Source of the DNA: an uncultured Dehalococcoidia bacterium
Lineage (GTDB): Bacteria; Chloroflexota; Dehalococcoidia; Lucifugimonadales; Lucifugimonadaceae
Length of the DNA: 64,000 bases
Assembly: GCA_958295935.1 (NCBI GenBank)
Contig: OY282385.1
Location: 1,961,545-2,025,544 of the forward strand
Reading direction: 5' to 3'
The translations under genes were made by a program, and so were the position numbers. Numbering within the stretch: the first letter of the stretch is position 1; every line of letters begins with the position of its first letter. The notes below the pieces were generated by a model. That model saw nothing but the letters and a program-made list of their open reading frames with translations, was not told the DNA's origin and made no database searches. This document shows positions 55,010-64,000 of this stretch, in pieces.

Positions 55010-55870
55010 TCAGTGAGCTCCGGGCAGCACGAACGGCGCGCTCCCCGGCGGCGTGCCGTCGGTAGCGGAAATGAGGTACACCACAGTGAAGATGACGATC
55101 CATACTATGTCCACGAAGTGCCAGTACAGACCGGCAATTTCGAGGTCCAGCGCGTGATGGCTCGATTCGTCTCCCCTGCCTGCCTGGGCCAGTATCCACG
55201 CTCCCCCGAACATGCCCAGGATGCCGAAGATGAGCAGCAACATCGCGGGGTAGCCGACCAGGGTGGAGATGATCGCGAGGGTACTCTCCTCACCGGTGAA
55301 TATGCCGGCCAGGGTGGAGAGCATGACGGCGTAGAACCCTGCAATGGCAAGGACCAATCCCCATCGTTCTTTCGGCGTGGGCGATACCACCAACGCCATG
55401 AAGATGAGCCACATCACGCCGAGCGTGACGTGCGTGCCGTGCAACCCGGTGAGGATGAAGAAAGTGGTGCCGAACAGATTCTTTTGCGGTGTAAGTCCCA
55501 TCTGCGCGAACTCGTAGAACTCGTACACCTGGAATCCCAGAAAGACCGAGCCCAGAGCGGCCGTGGTGAGTATCCAGAACCGCCCGACGGCCTTCTTGTT
55601 CCGGCGGATGCCGTCCAGGGCCAGCACCATGGCGAGAGAACTCATCAGGAGTACGAAGGTGCTGACCGAGGTGACCGGTATGTCCAGCACCTGGTTCGGA
55701 TAGGGCCCCTCGAGGCTCTTGTTGCGGTAGACGAGGTAGGTGGCGATGAATGCGCCAAAGAACATGACGTCCGACGCCAGGAAAGCCCACATCAGGAGCT
55801 TCCTGTTGTTGAGACCGGTGGAAGTGTCCTCTACCGGCTCGTGATGTTCAGCCTGCACGGCCTCTGTCAC
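55010..55870 (-). CDS. ctaE: Cytochrome c oxidase subunit III.
   Basis: ...LTGLHGTHVTLGVMWLIF... and ...LYWHFVDIVWIVIF are subunit III signatures. Confidence 0.8.
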   Translation of the reverse strand: MTEAVQAEHHEPVEDTSTGLNNRKLLMWAFLASDVMFFGAFIATYLVYRNKSLEGPYPNQVLDIPVTSVSTFVLLMSSLAMVLALDGIRRNKKAVGRFWILTTAALGSVFLGFQVYEFYEFAQMGLTPQKNLFGTTFFILTGLHGTHVTLGVMWLIFMALVVSPTPKERWGLVLAIAGFYAVMLSTLAGIFTGEESTLAIISTLVGYPAMLLLIFGILGMFGGAWILAQAGRGDESSHHALDLEIAGLYWHFVDIVWIVIFTVVYLISATDGTPPGSAPFVLPGAH

Positions 55871-55913
55871 GTTCCTGCCGTCCTGTTCCGCTTCTCTGCC
55901 ATTCGTATATCGC

Positions 55914-57854
55914 TCAGTCGTTGACCGGCTCGAACGACCAGCCCAACATTCCCCAGGCTATTAGCCCGCCGCCTATTCCCACGACCCAGTACTCGGTGAA
56001 CAGCCCCGCCATTGCCAGGGTTATGCCCGCGGCCAGTACCAGCGGGTAGTAGGACATGTCCGGCAGGTGTATGCCGTGTCCGCCGTGCGAGTCGTCCGCC
56101 CCATGAGCGTAGCTGCCGGTCTCGTCATCCTCAGCGTGGACTTCGTCCTCGTAGTAATCGTCGTCGTCGAACTGCGCTCCCTCAGGCGCGCCGCGCGGGC
56201 CGTGGTGCCCCTCGAACTCGGCAATCAACTCAGGGTGTTTCTTGAACCAGAAGTCGTCCAGGTGCTCAACCTGTGGGATTTTCGCGAAATTGTAGTGCGG
56301 AGGAGGTGACGGAATCGACCACTCCAGCGTGCGGCCGTCCCATGGGTCGTCGCCAGCCGGGTCGCGCCGCCGCCAACTGAGATAGACGTTGATGACCCAG
56401 ACCAGCACGCTCACCGCGATGACGAACCCGCCTATGGTCGCCGCCATGTTCGCGCCGTTCCAACCTTGGTCCGCGGGATACGTGTAGATGCGGCGGGGCA
56501 TACCGTCCATACCGATCCAGTGCATCGGGAAGAAGGTCAGGTTGAATCCAATGAGCATCAGCCAGAAATTGAGCTTCCCCCAGCCCTCGCTCAGCTTCCA
56601 GCCAAAGATCTTGGGCCACCACATGTATATCCCGCCGAAGATGCCCAGTATCGCCCCGCCAAACAGGACGTAGTGGAAGTGCGCGACGACGAAGTAAGTG
56701 TCCTGCTGCTGCGCGTCGCTGGGCGCGGAGGAGTGCATCACGCCGCTCAATCCTCCCACAGTGAACATGGCTATGAAGCCGAGCGCGAACAGCATCGGAG
56801 TGGTAAGGCGGATCGAGCCTCCCCAGGCCGTGCCCATCCAGTTGAAGACCTTCACCCCTGTTGGAATCGCGATGGCCATGGTGGATACCGCGAAGGCTGA
56901 ATTCGCGGCAGGACCCAAGCCTACCGTGAACATGTGATGGCTCCATACGAACCAGCCCATGAACGCGATTACTATCCCCGCGAAGATTACGAACGGGTAT
57001 CCGAACAGGGGCTTACGAGAGAAGACCGGCAGAATTTCGGACACGATCCCCATAGCCGGGAGTATGAGAATGTACACCTCCGGATGGCCGAACAGCCAAA
57101 ACATGTGCTGCCAGAGCACCGGGTCCCCGCCTGCGACCGGGTCGTAGAAGGTGGTGCCGAACAGCCGGTCCGTCTGCAACTGGATGCCCGCAACTGCCAG
57201 CACAGGCAGCGCCAGAACGATGAGCACCGACGTGATCAACGTCATCCACGTAAAGACCGGCATCTTGAACATGGTCATGCCCGGAGCACGGAGGTTGATG
57301 ATGGTGATGATGAAATTGAGACCTGCTGCGATGGATGCAATCCCCAAAACGCCGAGGCTCAAAACCCAGAAGGTCATCCCGTTCGACGGGTTGTAGAGGT
57401 TTTCAGAGTTGGGCGCGTAGCCGAACCATCCCCCGTTGGGCGCGTCCCCAACCAGCCAACTCACGTTGAGCAGCACGCTGCCAAAGAGGAACAGCCAGTA
57501 GCTGAAGGCGTTCAGCCTTGGAAATGCGACGTCCCTTGCCCCGATCTGCAACGGAATTAGCCAGTTGAAGAAGGCCGCGCTGAGCGGCATCACCACCAGG
57601 AACACCATCACCGTTCCGTGCATGGTGAAGAGCTGGTTGAACACCTCCGGCGACACCATCTCCGCCTCCGGGCGGGACAGTTGCAGCCGCATGAGCAGGG
57701 CCTCCACCCCGGCCGTCAGAAACCAGAATATCGACGTGAAGAAATAGAGCGTGCCGATACGCTTGTGGTCGACGGTGCCGATCCAACTCCAAATGCCAGT
57801 CTCGCTCGTGGGGCGAGGCACTATTCTCGGGATTGTGATTGTGCCCGTTGTCAC
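55914..57854 (-). CDS. ctaD: Cytochrome c oxidase subunit I (with a C-terminal acidic, 2-TM extension).
   Basis: A GTG start gives MTTG... Conserved heme/CuB histidines lie in ...WFFGHPEVYILILP and ...HHMF. The protein is 646 aa with a tail ...DDDDYYEDEVHAEDDETGSYAHGADDSHGGHG... plus two extra TM helices. Confidence 0.9.
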   Translation of the reverse strand: MTTGTITIPRIVPRPTSETGIWSWIGTVDHKRIGTLYFFTSIFWFLTAGVEALLMRLQLSRPEAEMVSPEVFNQLFTMHGTVMVFLVVMPLSAAFFNWLIPLQIGARDVAFPRLNAFSYWLFLFGSVLLNVSWLVGDAPNGGWFGYAPNSENLYNPSNGMTFWVLSLGVLGIASIAAGLNFIITIINLRAPGMTMFKMPVFTWMTLITSVLIVLALPVLAVAGIQLQTDRLFGTTFYDPVAGGDPVLWQHMFWLFGHPEVYILILPAMGIVSEILPVFSRKPLFGYPFVIFAGIVIAFMGWFVWSHHMFTVGLGPAANSAFAVSTMAIAIPTGVKVFNWMGTAWGGSIRLTTPMLFALGFIAMFTVGGLSGVMHSSAPSDAQQQDTYFVVAHFHYVLFGGAILGIFGGIYMWWPKIFGWKLSEGWGKLNFWLMLIGFNLTFFPMHWIGMDGMPRRIYTYPADQGWNGANMAATIGGFVIAVSVLVWVINVYLSWRRRDPAGDDPWDGRTLEWSIPSPPPHYNFAKIPQVEHLDDFWFKKHPELIAEFEGHHGPRGAPEGAQFDDDDYYEDEVHAEDDETGSYAHGADDSHGGHGIHLPDMSYYPLVLAAGITLAMAGLFTEYWVVGIGGGLIAWGMLGWSFEPVND

Positions 57855-57922
57855 TTTCTATACCCCGTTTCCCGGTTGGTCTTCATCTCTGAAAGGTTGA
57901 ACGCCCGCAAGGATACCCCAGC

Positions 57923-59395
57923 CTATTCGATCGTCTTGAGATATTCGATGAGGTCCGCAACGTCCGCGTCCGACAACGTCGATAGGATGGGCATCAGACC
58001 GTCTGAGAAACCCTCGACCACGAACGCCGACGGACTGCGAATCGATTCGCTAAGGTAGTCCTCAGCGGAGACCCCTGTCACGCGAGTCCCCGCGCGAGAG
58101 ACCACCCCCTTGAATCCCGGCCCTATTATCGTATCTTCCCCGAGCGAGTGGCACCCGGAACATCCGTTGGCCGCGAACAAAGCCTCCCCCCGTGCTGCAT
58201 TCGGCTCACCGCCCGCATCCGGCGGGGGAACCGAAACGGTCGGCCCGCCCTCCCCAGGTTCCAGCGACATCAGATAGACGATGAGGTTGTCGACCTCCTC
58301 GTCAGTCAAGCCAATACGGTTGTCTTCAGTCGCGTAGACCTGAGCGTTCACCTGCATCCGCGTGCCCGGCTTGATCGAGCCGGGGTTTCGCAACCACGTC
58401 CTGAGATTCTCCTCAGACAGATCCTGTACTCCCGCGGCCAGCGTGCTGCGCAGGCTCAGATGCGTAAGGTTTGGCCCGGATACTATCGGCGAGTCGCCCT
58501 CGCTCTCCACCCACGTGTTCCATCGCCGGTCCTGCGCCGCGATCTCTGTGGGGTATCCGTTCGCAAGGTAAGAGTCTACGGTGTGGCACATGCTGCAATT
58601 TGCCAGGAAGGTCGTTCTTCCCTTGGCCTCCGGACTATCAGGCTCCGGAGCGTCAACCGGTGTGCGCATGTCCGTTACCCACTCGCGGAACTCCTCTTCC
58701 GGCGCGGCCACCACCCGGAAGCGCATGTGGGCATGGGCGATGCCGCAAAACTCCGCGCACTGCCCGTAGAACATCCCCGGCCGGTCCGCAAGGAACCAGA
58801 AGTGGTTGTCGTTCAGCGGCACCATGTCAAGCTTGCCCGCCAGCTTGGGTATCCAGAAGCTGTGGATCACGTCCTCCGATTGCAGAGTGACCACTACGGG
58901 GCGCCCCGTAGGGATGTGCAACTGGTTGGCGGTCACGATTTCGAGACCGGGATAGCGGAATTCGAACCACCATTGGTGGCCAATCGCGATGACCTCCAAA
59001 GGCTCCCCGCGGTCCTGGGGTACAGCGTCGTTTTCGTAGATCGCCTTTACGGTCGGGATGGCTATTGCAAGCAGGATGAAGGCCGGGATGATGGTCCACG
59101 TGATTTCCAGACGCGTATTCCCGTGCACCTGCTTGGGCATCTCGCCGTCGCGCCGCTTCCGGTACTTTATGACTGCGTAGATCAGGCCCCCCTCGACGAG
59201 GATGAACACCGCTACGGCCAGCCAGAATATGAATATGAAGAGGTCGGCCTGACGAGCGGCGATGGGGCCGGCCGGGTCGAAGGTAGACTGGTCGTGCGAG
59301 GGGGTGCAGGCCGCCAGAACCGCAAGCCCCGCGGCTAACAGGCACAGCAGAAGTGTGGCGCGCGTGCGTCCGGTTACGCTGCGAAGCGGGGGCAT
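57923..59395 (-). CDS. ctaC: Cytochrome c oxidase subunit II fused to a C-terminal di-heme cytochrome c domain (caa3-type).
   Basis: The CuA site is ...GQCAEFCGIAHAHM. Two CxxCH motifs (CSMCH, CSGCH) are present. The lipoprotein-like signal is MPPLRSV...LAVLAAC. The ATG at 59393-59395 is preferred over the track start 59524. Confidence 0.8.
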   Translation of the reverse strand: MPPLRSVTGRTRATLLLCLLAAGLAVLAACTPSHDQSTFDPAGPIAARQADLFIFIFWLAVAVFILVEGGLIYAVIKYRKRRDGEMPKQVHGNTRLEITWTIIPAFILLAIAIPTVKAIYENDAVPQDRGEPLEVIAIGHQWWFEFRYPGLEIVTANQLHIPTGRPVVVTLQSEDVIHSFWIPKLAGKLDMVPLNDNHFWFLADRPGMFYGQCAEFCGIAHAHMRFRVVAAPEEEFREWVTDMRTPVDAPEPDSPEAKGRTTFLANCSMCHTVDSYLANGYPTEIAAQDRRWNTWVESEGDSPIVSGPNLTHLSLRSTLAAGVQDLSEENLRTWLRNPGSIKPGTRMQVNAQVYATEDNRIGLTDEEVDNLIVYLMSLEPGEGGPTVSVPPPDAGGEPNAARGEALFAANGCSGCHSLGEDTIIGPGFKGVVSRAGTRVTGVSAEDYLSESIRSPSAFVVEGFSDGLMPILSTLSDADVADLIEYLKTIE

Positions 59396-59636
59396 CAATG
59401 ATGGCTGGGGGGAATCTGTCCGGAAAAGCGTCAGGCGCGAGGCTCGTTCACGGGGTTGAAACGGCTGGCCCGGCGCACCGGAAACCGTTTGTGCACTTTT
59501 TAACAAGCCCGTTGAGCATAGCATCGAGCGCTATGCCGCGCAACGGCCGCGCCGTACTCAACGGACAAAGAATCCCGGAGACTTCACGCACCGGCGGAGT
59601 CGGAAAACCAATGCAGGTCGGAAGCAGGGCAGAAGT

Positions 59637-60239
59637 GTGAGAACACTATTGATAGCAACCCGCAACGCAGGGAAGATCCGCGAGTACCGCGATCTGTTCG
59701 CCCATCTTCGGTTCGAGCTCGCCAGCCTCGACGAGCTCGGCATAGGTCTGGAGGTCGAGGAGACTGGGAACTCATTCGAGGAAAACGCACGATTGAAGGC
59801 GGTCTCCTACGCCAACGCCTCCGGCGAATTCGCGCTGGCCGATGACTCGGGGCTCGAAGTCGATGCCCTGCACGGCGAGCCCGGCGTGCTTTCCGCTCGA
59901 TACGGAGGGCCGGGGCTGGACGACGCAGCCCGGATCGCGCTGCTGCTGGAGAGGATGGCAGGCGTAGCCGGGTGGCGGCGTACAGCTAGGTTTCGGGCCG
60001 TTCTGGCCCTTGCCGGGCCAGGTTCAAGCGGTGTACTGCACCTTACTGAAGCCGTGGTCGAGGGCGCGATTTGCCACCGCAGCATAGGCAATGGCGGCTT
60101 TGGCTATGATCCCGTCTTCTGGTTGCCCCATAGAGCCATGACCATGGCACAATTGTCACCCGCGGAGAAGAACGCTCTCAGTCACCGGGGCAGGGCGGCG
60201 ATGGCTATGGCGGAGTATCTCGAGACCCTGTCGGAATGA
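59637..60239 (+). CDS. rdgB: Non-canonical purine NTP pyrophosphatase (RdgB/HAM1 family).
   Basis: A GTG start gives MRTLLIATRNAGKIREY... It also contains ...FGYDPVF. Confidence 0.8.
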   Translation: MRTLLIATRNAGKIREYRDLFAHLRFELASLDELGIGLEVEETGNSFEENARLKAVSYANASGEFALADDSGLEVDALHGEPGVLSARYGGPGLDDAARIALLLERMAGVAGWRRTARFRAVLALAGPGSSGVLHLTEAVVEGAICHRSIGNGGFGYDPVFWLPHRAMTMAQLSPAEKNALSHRGRAAMAMAEYLETLSE

Positions 60240-60338
60240 ATAGGGAATAGAGATTGCTGATTGTAGGTTGGGCTGTACCTTAGAATTGAGTTCGACCTGA
60301 GAAGCGCCGTCCAGCGCTCGGAAACACGGCAGGCCCAC

Positions 60339-61394
60339 TTGAACGCGACCCCCGGGATAACCCAAACCGCCGCACCGGATCGGCTCGGCAGGCTCTTGCG
60401 CGACCTCCGTATATCGGTCACGGACAGGTGCAACTTCCGCTGCCCATACTGTATGCCGGCAGAGGTGTACGGAGAGCGGTACCAGTTCCTGCCCAAGCCG
60501 GAGATCCTCACGTTCGAGGAAATAGAACGTCTTGCGAGGATATTCGCCCGGCTTGGCGCCAGAAAGATACGCATAACGGGCGGAGAGCCGCTCGTGAGAG
60601 CGAAACTGCCCCTGCTGATCGAACGTTTGTCCCGGATTGAGGACATACAGGATCTGACCCTCACCACAAACGGCTTCCTGCTCGCGAAGATGGCTCAGGA
60701 TTTGAAAGACGCCGGGCTGCACCGCGTTACCGTGAGCCTGGATAGCCTCGACCCGGAAACCTTCAGTCGAATGGCCGGCCGCCCTTACGGGCCCGAGAGA
60801 GTGCTCGAAGGTATCGAGGCCGCGGAACGGGCCGGACTCAGGCCGATCAAGATCAACTGCGTGGTTCAGCGCGGCCTGAATGAGGATGGGCTGGTCGACT
60901 TGGCCCGCCGCTTCAAAGGCGCCGGCCGCGTGGTGCGATTCATTGAATTCATGGACGTGGGCAACCGAAATGGATGGAATCTCAACAAGGTGGTGACCGC
61001 CGCAGAGATTGTCGACCGGGTTGGCAGCGTCTTTCCGCTCGAACCGGCTGAGCCCAACTACCAGGGAGAAGTAGCAACCAGATACCGCTACCTGGACGGG
61101 TCTGGCGAGATAGGCGTAATAGCCTCGGTATCCGCGCCGTTCTGCGGAGACTGCACCCGTGGGAGGCTGTCAACCGATGGACGCTTTGTCACCTGCCTGT
61201 TCGCCGCAGGGGGCAAGGATCTAAAGACGCCGATGCGCTCAGGCGCCGCAGACGGGGAGCTGCGGCAGATCATCTCGCAGATCTGGGCTGGCAGAGCCGA
61301 CCGATATTCCGAGGAGCGGGCCGACAATACAGACTTCGAGGGAAATGTCGCCAATCCCCGCCGAAAGATAGAGATGTTTCGGATTGGCGGGTAG
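60339..61394 (+). CDS. moaA: GTP 3',8-cyclase (radical SAM).
   Basis: It contains ...LRISVTDRCNFRCPYCMP and a C-terminal ...CGDCTRGRL. Confidence 0.85.
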   Translation: MNATPGITQTAAPDRLGRLLRDLRISVTDRCNFRCPYCMPAEVYGERYQFLPKPEILTFEEIERLARIFARLGARKIRITGGEPLVRAKLPLLIERLSRIEDIQDLTLTTNGFLLAKMAQDLKDAGLHRVTVSLDSLDPETFSRMAGRPYGPERVLEGIEAAERAGLRPIKINCVVQRGLNEDGLVDLARRFKGAGRVVRFIEFMDVGNRNGWNLNKVVTAAEIVDRVGSVFPLEPAEPNYQGEVATRYRYLDGSGEIGVIASVSAPFCGDCTRGRLSTDGRFVTCLFAAGGKDLKTPMRSGAADGELRQIISQIWAGRADRYSEERADNTDFEGNVANPRRKIEMFRIGG

Positions 61395-61535
61395 GGGATA
61401 GACTGGGGAACTGCGGTTTTTGTCATCTGTCAGAATTGAGCTGAGGACTTTGGATGCGCCAGCCGGACAGGCCCACGCGCCAACTCCTCTGAGGCGGATC
61501 TCAGCGCACCGCCGAGCAGCGGCGTGAAGGTTCCT

Positions 61536-62042
61536 ATGGCACACGAGGACGACCCCATCCGTCTGTACACGGACGGAGCCTGCTTGGGCAATCCCGGCCC
61601 CGGCGGATATGGAATCGTGCTCCTGTACAGATCGAGCCGAAGGGAAATGTCCGCCGGCTTTCGGCTCACCACGAACAATCGAATGGAGTTGCTGGGGGCT
61701 ATAACCGGCTTGGAAACGCTCAAGAGGCGCAGCAGAGTGACCCTTACTACCGACTCCCGCTACGTGATTGACGGCATCAGCAAGGGATGGGCGAAATCCT
61801 GGAAGGCCAACGGATGGGTGCGAGGAAAAGGCAGCAAGAAGGCCCCGGTACTGAATCCCGATCTGTGGGACCGCCTCCTGCAGGCTGTTGGCAGACACGA
61901 CGTCACCTTCCGTTGGGTCAAGGGCCACGCTGGCGACCCTGAGAACGAGAGGTGCGACCGCCTGGCGCGGGAAGCGGCCGCATCTACGAATCTGCAAGTC
62001 GACAAAACGTACGAACGCCATAAGAGCGCGTCCCGGAGATGA
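61536..62042 (+). CDS. rnhA: Ribonuclease HI.
   Basis: It contains ...IRLYTDGACLGNPGPGGYG...TNNRMEL...KGHAGDPENERCDRLA. ATG 61536 follows GAAGG; GTG 61524 is the alternative. Confidence 0.8.
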   Translation: MAHEDDPIRLYTDGACLGNPGPGGYGIVLLYRSSRREMSAGFRLTTNNRMELLGAITGLETLKRRSRVTLTTDSRYVIDGISKGWAKSWKANGWVRGKGSKKAPVLNPDLWDRLLQAVGRHDVTFRWVKGHAGDPENERCDRLAREAAASTNLQVDKTYERHKSASRR

Positions 62043-62058
62043 GAAACTGCCGGAAGCT

Positions 62059-62538
62059 ATGAACTCGCCCCTTTCGCACCTCGACGAAAGCGGGAAGGCG
62101 CGCATGGTGGACGTGGGAGAAAAGGAATCGACAGACCGCATTGCCGAGGCGAAATGCTCCATACGCATGAGCCCAAGTGCACTGCGATTGATACGCCAGG
62201 GCGGCTTCGCCAAGGGCGACGTTCTGGGAGTCGCACGAGTGGCAGGAGTGATGGCTGCAAAGCGAACGTCGAGCCTCATCCCGTTGTGTCACCCCGTGCC
62301 GCTCACCAGCGTGACGGTCGACTTCAGGGACCGGGAAGATGCCGAAAAGATGGAAGTGACGGCCACGGCCCGGGCGCACTGGAAGACCGGAGTCGAGATG
62401 GAAGCCCTCACCGCCGTTCTGGTGGCGGCATTGACGGTGTACGACATGTGCAAGTCGGCCGACCGCGCCATGGTGATAGAAGAAGCGCGGCTCACGCGCA
62501 AGAGCGGCGGCAAGAGCGGCGACTACTCCGCGGATTAA
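62059..62538 (+). CDS. moaC: Cyclic pyranopterin monophosphate synthase MoaC.
   Basis: It contains ...GKARMVDVGEK...GDVLGVARVAGVMAAKRTSSLIPLCHP. Confidence 0.85.
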   Translation: MNSPLSHLDESGKARMVDVGEKESTDRIAEAKCSIRMSPSALRLIRQGGFAKGDVLGVARVAGVMAAKRTSSLIPLCHPVPLTSVTVDFRDREDAEKMEVTATARAHWKTGVEMEALTAVLVAALTVYDMCKSADRAMVIEEARLTRKSGGKSGDYSAD

Positions 62539-62632
62539 GACCCGCAGCTTCGTGTTTCATTGACCATCCGGTGCATCGTGGCTACCATTTAGCTTAGGTC
62601 GGCTGCCGTGATCGATCGTCTCCTGCAGGCAG

Positions 62633-62708
62633 GGCGATGTAGCTCAGCGGTTAGAGCGGGCGCTTCATAAGCGCTAGGTCGGAGGTTCAAGTCCTCCCAT
62701 CGCCACCA
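62633..62708 (+). tRNA. tRNA-Met (anticodon CAU), elongator-type (or possibly tRNA-Ile2 after lysidine modification).
   Basis: Manual cloverleaf: acceptor GGCGAUG/CAUCGCC, D stem GCUC/GAGC, anticodon stem GGCGC/GCGCU with loop UUCAUAA, T arm GGAGG-UUCAAGU-CCUCC, and an encoded ACCA 3' end. The 1-72 pair is G-C, so it is not an initiator. Confidence 0.7.
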
Positions 62709-62732
62709 CGCGGATTCGGCGCAGCCCACGCA

Positions 62733-62809
62733 GGGCGGTTAGCTCAGCTGGTTAGAGCGCATGCTTCACACGCATGAGGTCGGAGGTTCGAGTCCTCCAT
62801 CGCCCACCA
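62733..62809 (+). tRNA. tRNA-Val (anticodon CAC).
   Basis: Manual cloverleaf: acceptor GGGCGGU/AUCGCCC, D stem GCUC/GAGC, anticodon stem CAUGC/GCAUG with loop UUCACAC, T arm GGAGG-UUCGAGU-CCUCC, and an encoded ACCA 3' end. Confidence 0.7.
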
Positions 62810-63270
62810 TCCTCGACGGTAGGCAGTACCGGGCCGTGAAGAGCAGGCTCTCCCACGCCCTCGTTCATTATGGTCTCCCCTGGGTGGGTTGCCATCGTCC
62901 TAATAATACCGAACGTCATTAGCGGTAAACTTTTATTGAACTATTGTCGCATTGCGGTAGGCAATTATCGATGAAAGCGGTAGTTATGCCCCGGAGCCGT
63001 TGCCCGTAATTTTAATATATTGTCAGATTATATTAGGATAGCACGAAAATATGTATACGAACCATACACCCGGCGCGGTGGTGCGGGCCGGGTGCGTCTC
63101 ACACCAGATTCCCGACGAGAGCAGCCAACGTGAATAGAGAGTTGCGGCTCACCAAAGAACAGGGAGCGATACGGCTGTGGGGCCTTGGATTCTTGCCCCC
63201 TACCAGAGAACTCTCCCGAACGTGCGCCGGGTCTCAGCTAGAACAACGTAGGAAATGCAGCTTGGAGAAG

Positions 63271-64000
63271 ATGCAGCGGATTTCGGATGACGAAGGCGGA
63301 GCCCATAGCGGGACCGGCTCCAGAAGGCCGTATTGTCCGCGGGTAGCATCTTCCGTCCTGCGGTGGGGTCTGACGGCGTTGCTGACAGCGGCGGTCATGG
63401 CATCGGCGGCGGGACTTTCTCCTGCGCTCCCCGCCAGAGCGCAGTCCACGCCCGTCGTCAGCATTGCTTCCACCCAAGCCGGAAGGGAGGGTGGGCAGGC
63501 CGTGGTGAACCTTTCGATCGCGCCGGTCCCTGCCGGCCTACGAGCCAACGGACACCTCGTTGCGGGCAATGTCACGCTGCGCTGGAACGCAGTCCCGGGA
63601 GCAACCGCCTACAACGTAAGGTACGCCAAAGAGACCTGCAATTCCAACGGGGAATGCGCGCCAGACGATTGGCAGACGCCATCCAGCGCGGTTACAGCAA
63701 TCGGGAGCACGACAAAAGAGGCGAGCCTTGGTGGGCTGACCACAAAGACGCTCTATCGCATTGAGGTGCAGGCAGTGATAGTGAGCCCTTCCGAGTGGTC
63801 GGACTTCGCCCTTGTCTTCCCAACCGATTCTCCACCAGATGGCGGGACCCGCGTCGCGACGGCCCCCTTCCACGGCTACCAAACAAATAACGAGTTTCGC
63901 TACGTGCTATGCGAAGACACGATACCAACAGGCATCACGATGAGTACCCAGGACATAAAAGACGCCGTGGACAAGTGGGAAAATACTGTCACCTGGGACA
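63271..64000 (+). CDS. Secreted fibronectin type III domain protein, 3' end off the window edge.
   Basis: In this frame MQRISDDEGGAHSGTGSRRPYCPRVASSVLRWGLTALLTAAVMASAAGLSPALPARAQS (a signal peptide) is followed by FN3-like ...NVTLRWNAVPGATAYNVRY...YRIEVQAV. The track ORF 63333-63764 is a different frame and looks non-coding. Confidence 0.45.
   Translation, partial: MQRISDDEGGAHSGTGSRRPYCPRVASSVLRWGLTALLTAAVMASAAGLSPALPARAQSTPVVSIASTQAGREGGQAVVNLSIAPVPAGLRANGHLVAGNVTLRWNAVPGATAYNVRYAKETCNSNGECAPDDWQTPSSAVTAIGSTTKEASLGGLTTKTLYRIEVQAVIVSPSEWSDFALVFPTDSPPDGGTRVATAPFHGYQTNNEFRYVLCEDTIPTGITMSTQDIKDAVDKWENTVTWD

Noticed and set aside
60240-60338. Moco riboswitch upstream of moaA
   Set aside because: Only about 100 nt are available and there is no recognisable conserved motif, so the region is too short for the roughly 150-nt Moco element.
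63333-63764. 143-aa ORF from the track
   Set aside because: The amino-acid composition does not look protein-like (for example MSAGSIFRPAVGSDGVADSGGHGIGGGTFSCAPRQ...). A different frame over the same DNA encodes a signal peptide plus an FN3-like domain.
1-64000. CRISPR arrays, IS elements, integrases or rRNA genes
   Set aside because: None were seen. The only direct repeats are coding tandem repeats (8572-8755, 31790-32330) and the paralogue duplications at 27900-30800. No transposase or integrase-like ORF is present.

Overview
This 64 kb window is high-GC bacterial chromosome (roughly 60-65% GC by eye, not computed). The gene content is consistent with Chloroflexota or another Terrabacteria lineage, but that is only inference: DUF3179, DUF5679, a T-box leader, a Bacillus-like caa3 oxidase operon (ctaC-D-E-subunit IV-ctaG), and UUG/GUG starts (the ORF track prints M for all three start codons). 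Most of the window is densely packed housekeeping genes on both strands. Recognisable genes include polA-mutM, pheS-pheT-moeA, a T-box leader preceding trpS, trpE-G-D-C-F (no trpBA in the window), the caa3 oxidase operon, moaA, rnhA-moaC, rdgB, recF, ilvE, ppk2 and a garL/garR-like aldolase/reductase pair. Two tRNAs (Met-CAU and Val-CAC) sit at about 62.6-62.8 kb and are followed by an AT-rich island. There are two restriction-modification-like loci: a beta-class DNA methyltransferase fused to an Mrr-like nuclease domain (2962-4566, minus strand), and a methyltransferase with an 11-C homopolymer tract followed by a small putative endonuclease (50762-52085). The most interesting feature is a six-gene minus-strand operon at 28007-34234, which I cannot assign to any described system. 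It encodes an excisionase-family HTH regulator, an ESCRT-III/PspA-like coiled-coil protein, and an 809-aa membrane protein (SPFH-like domain, TM helix, Pro/Thr repeat linker, PQQ-type beta-propeller). These are followed by three tandem paralogues that share an Ada-like zinc-ribbon C-terminal module on different N-termini (two Swt1-type HEPN domains with Rx4H, one SPFH-like domain). Other noteworthy items are an in-frame TGA at the CPLC cysteine of a DUF3179 lipoprotein with a SECIS-like hairpin downstream (candidate selenoprotein), a recF whose conserved N-terminus lacks any canonical start codon, a PAP2 homologue that has lost both catalytic histidines, and two sets of tandem coding repeats. 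No CRISPR array, transposase, integrase or rRNA gene is present. All calls are manual translations and motif recognition; no database searches were run.
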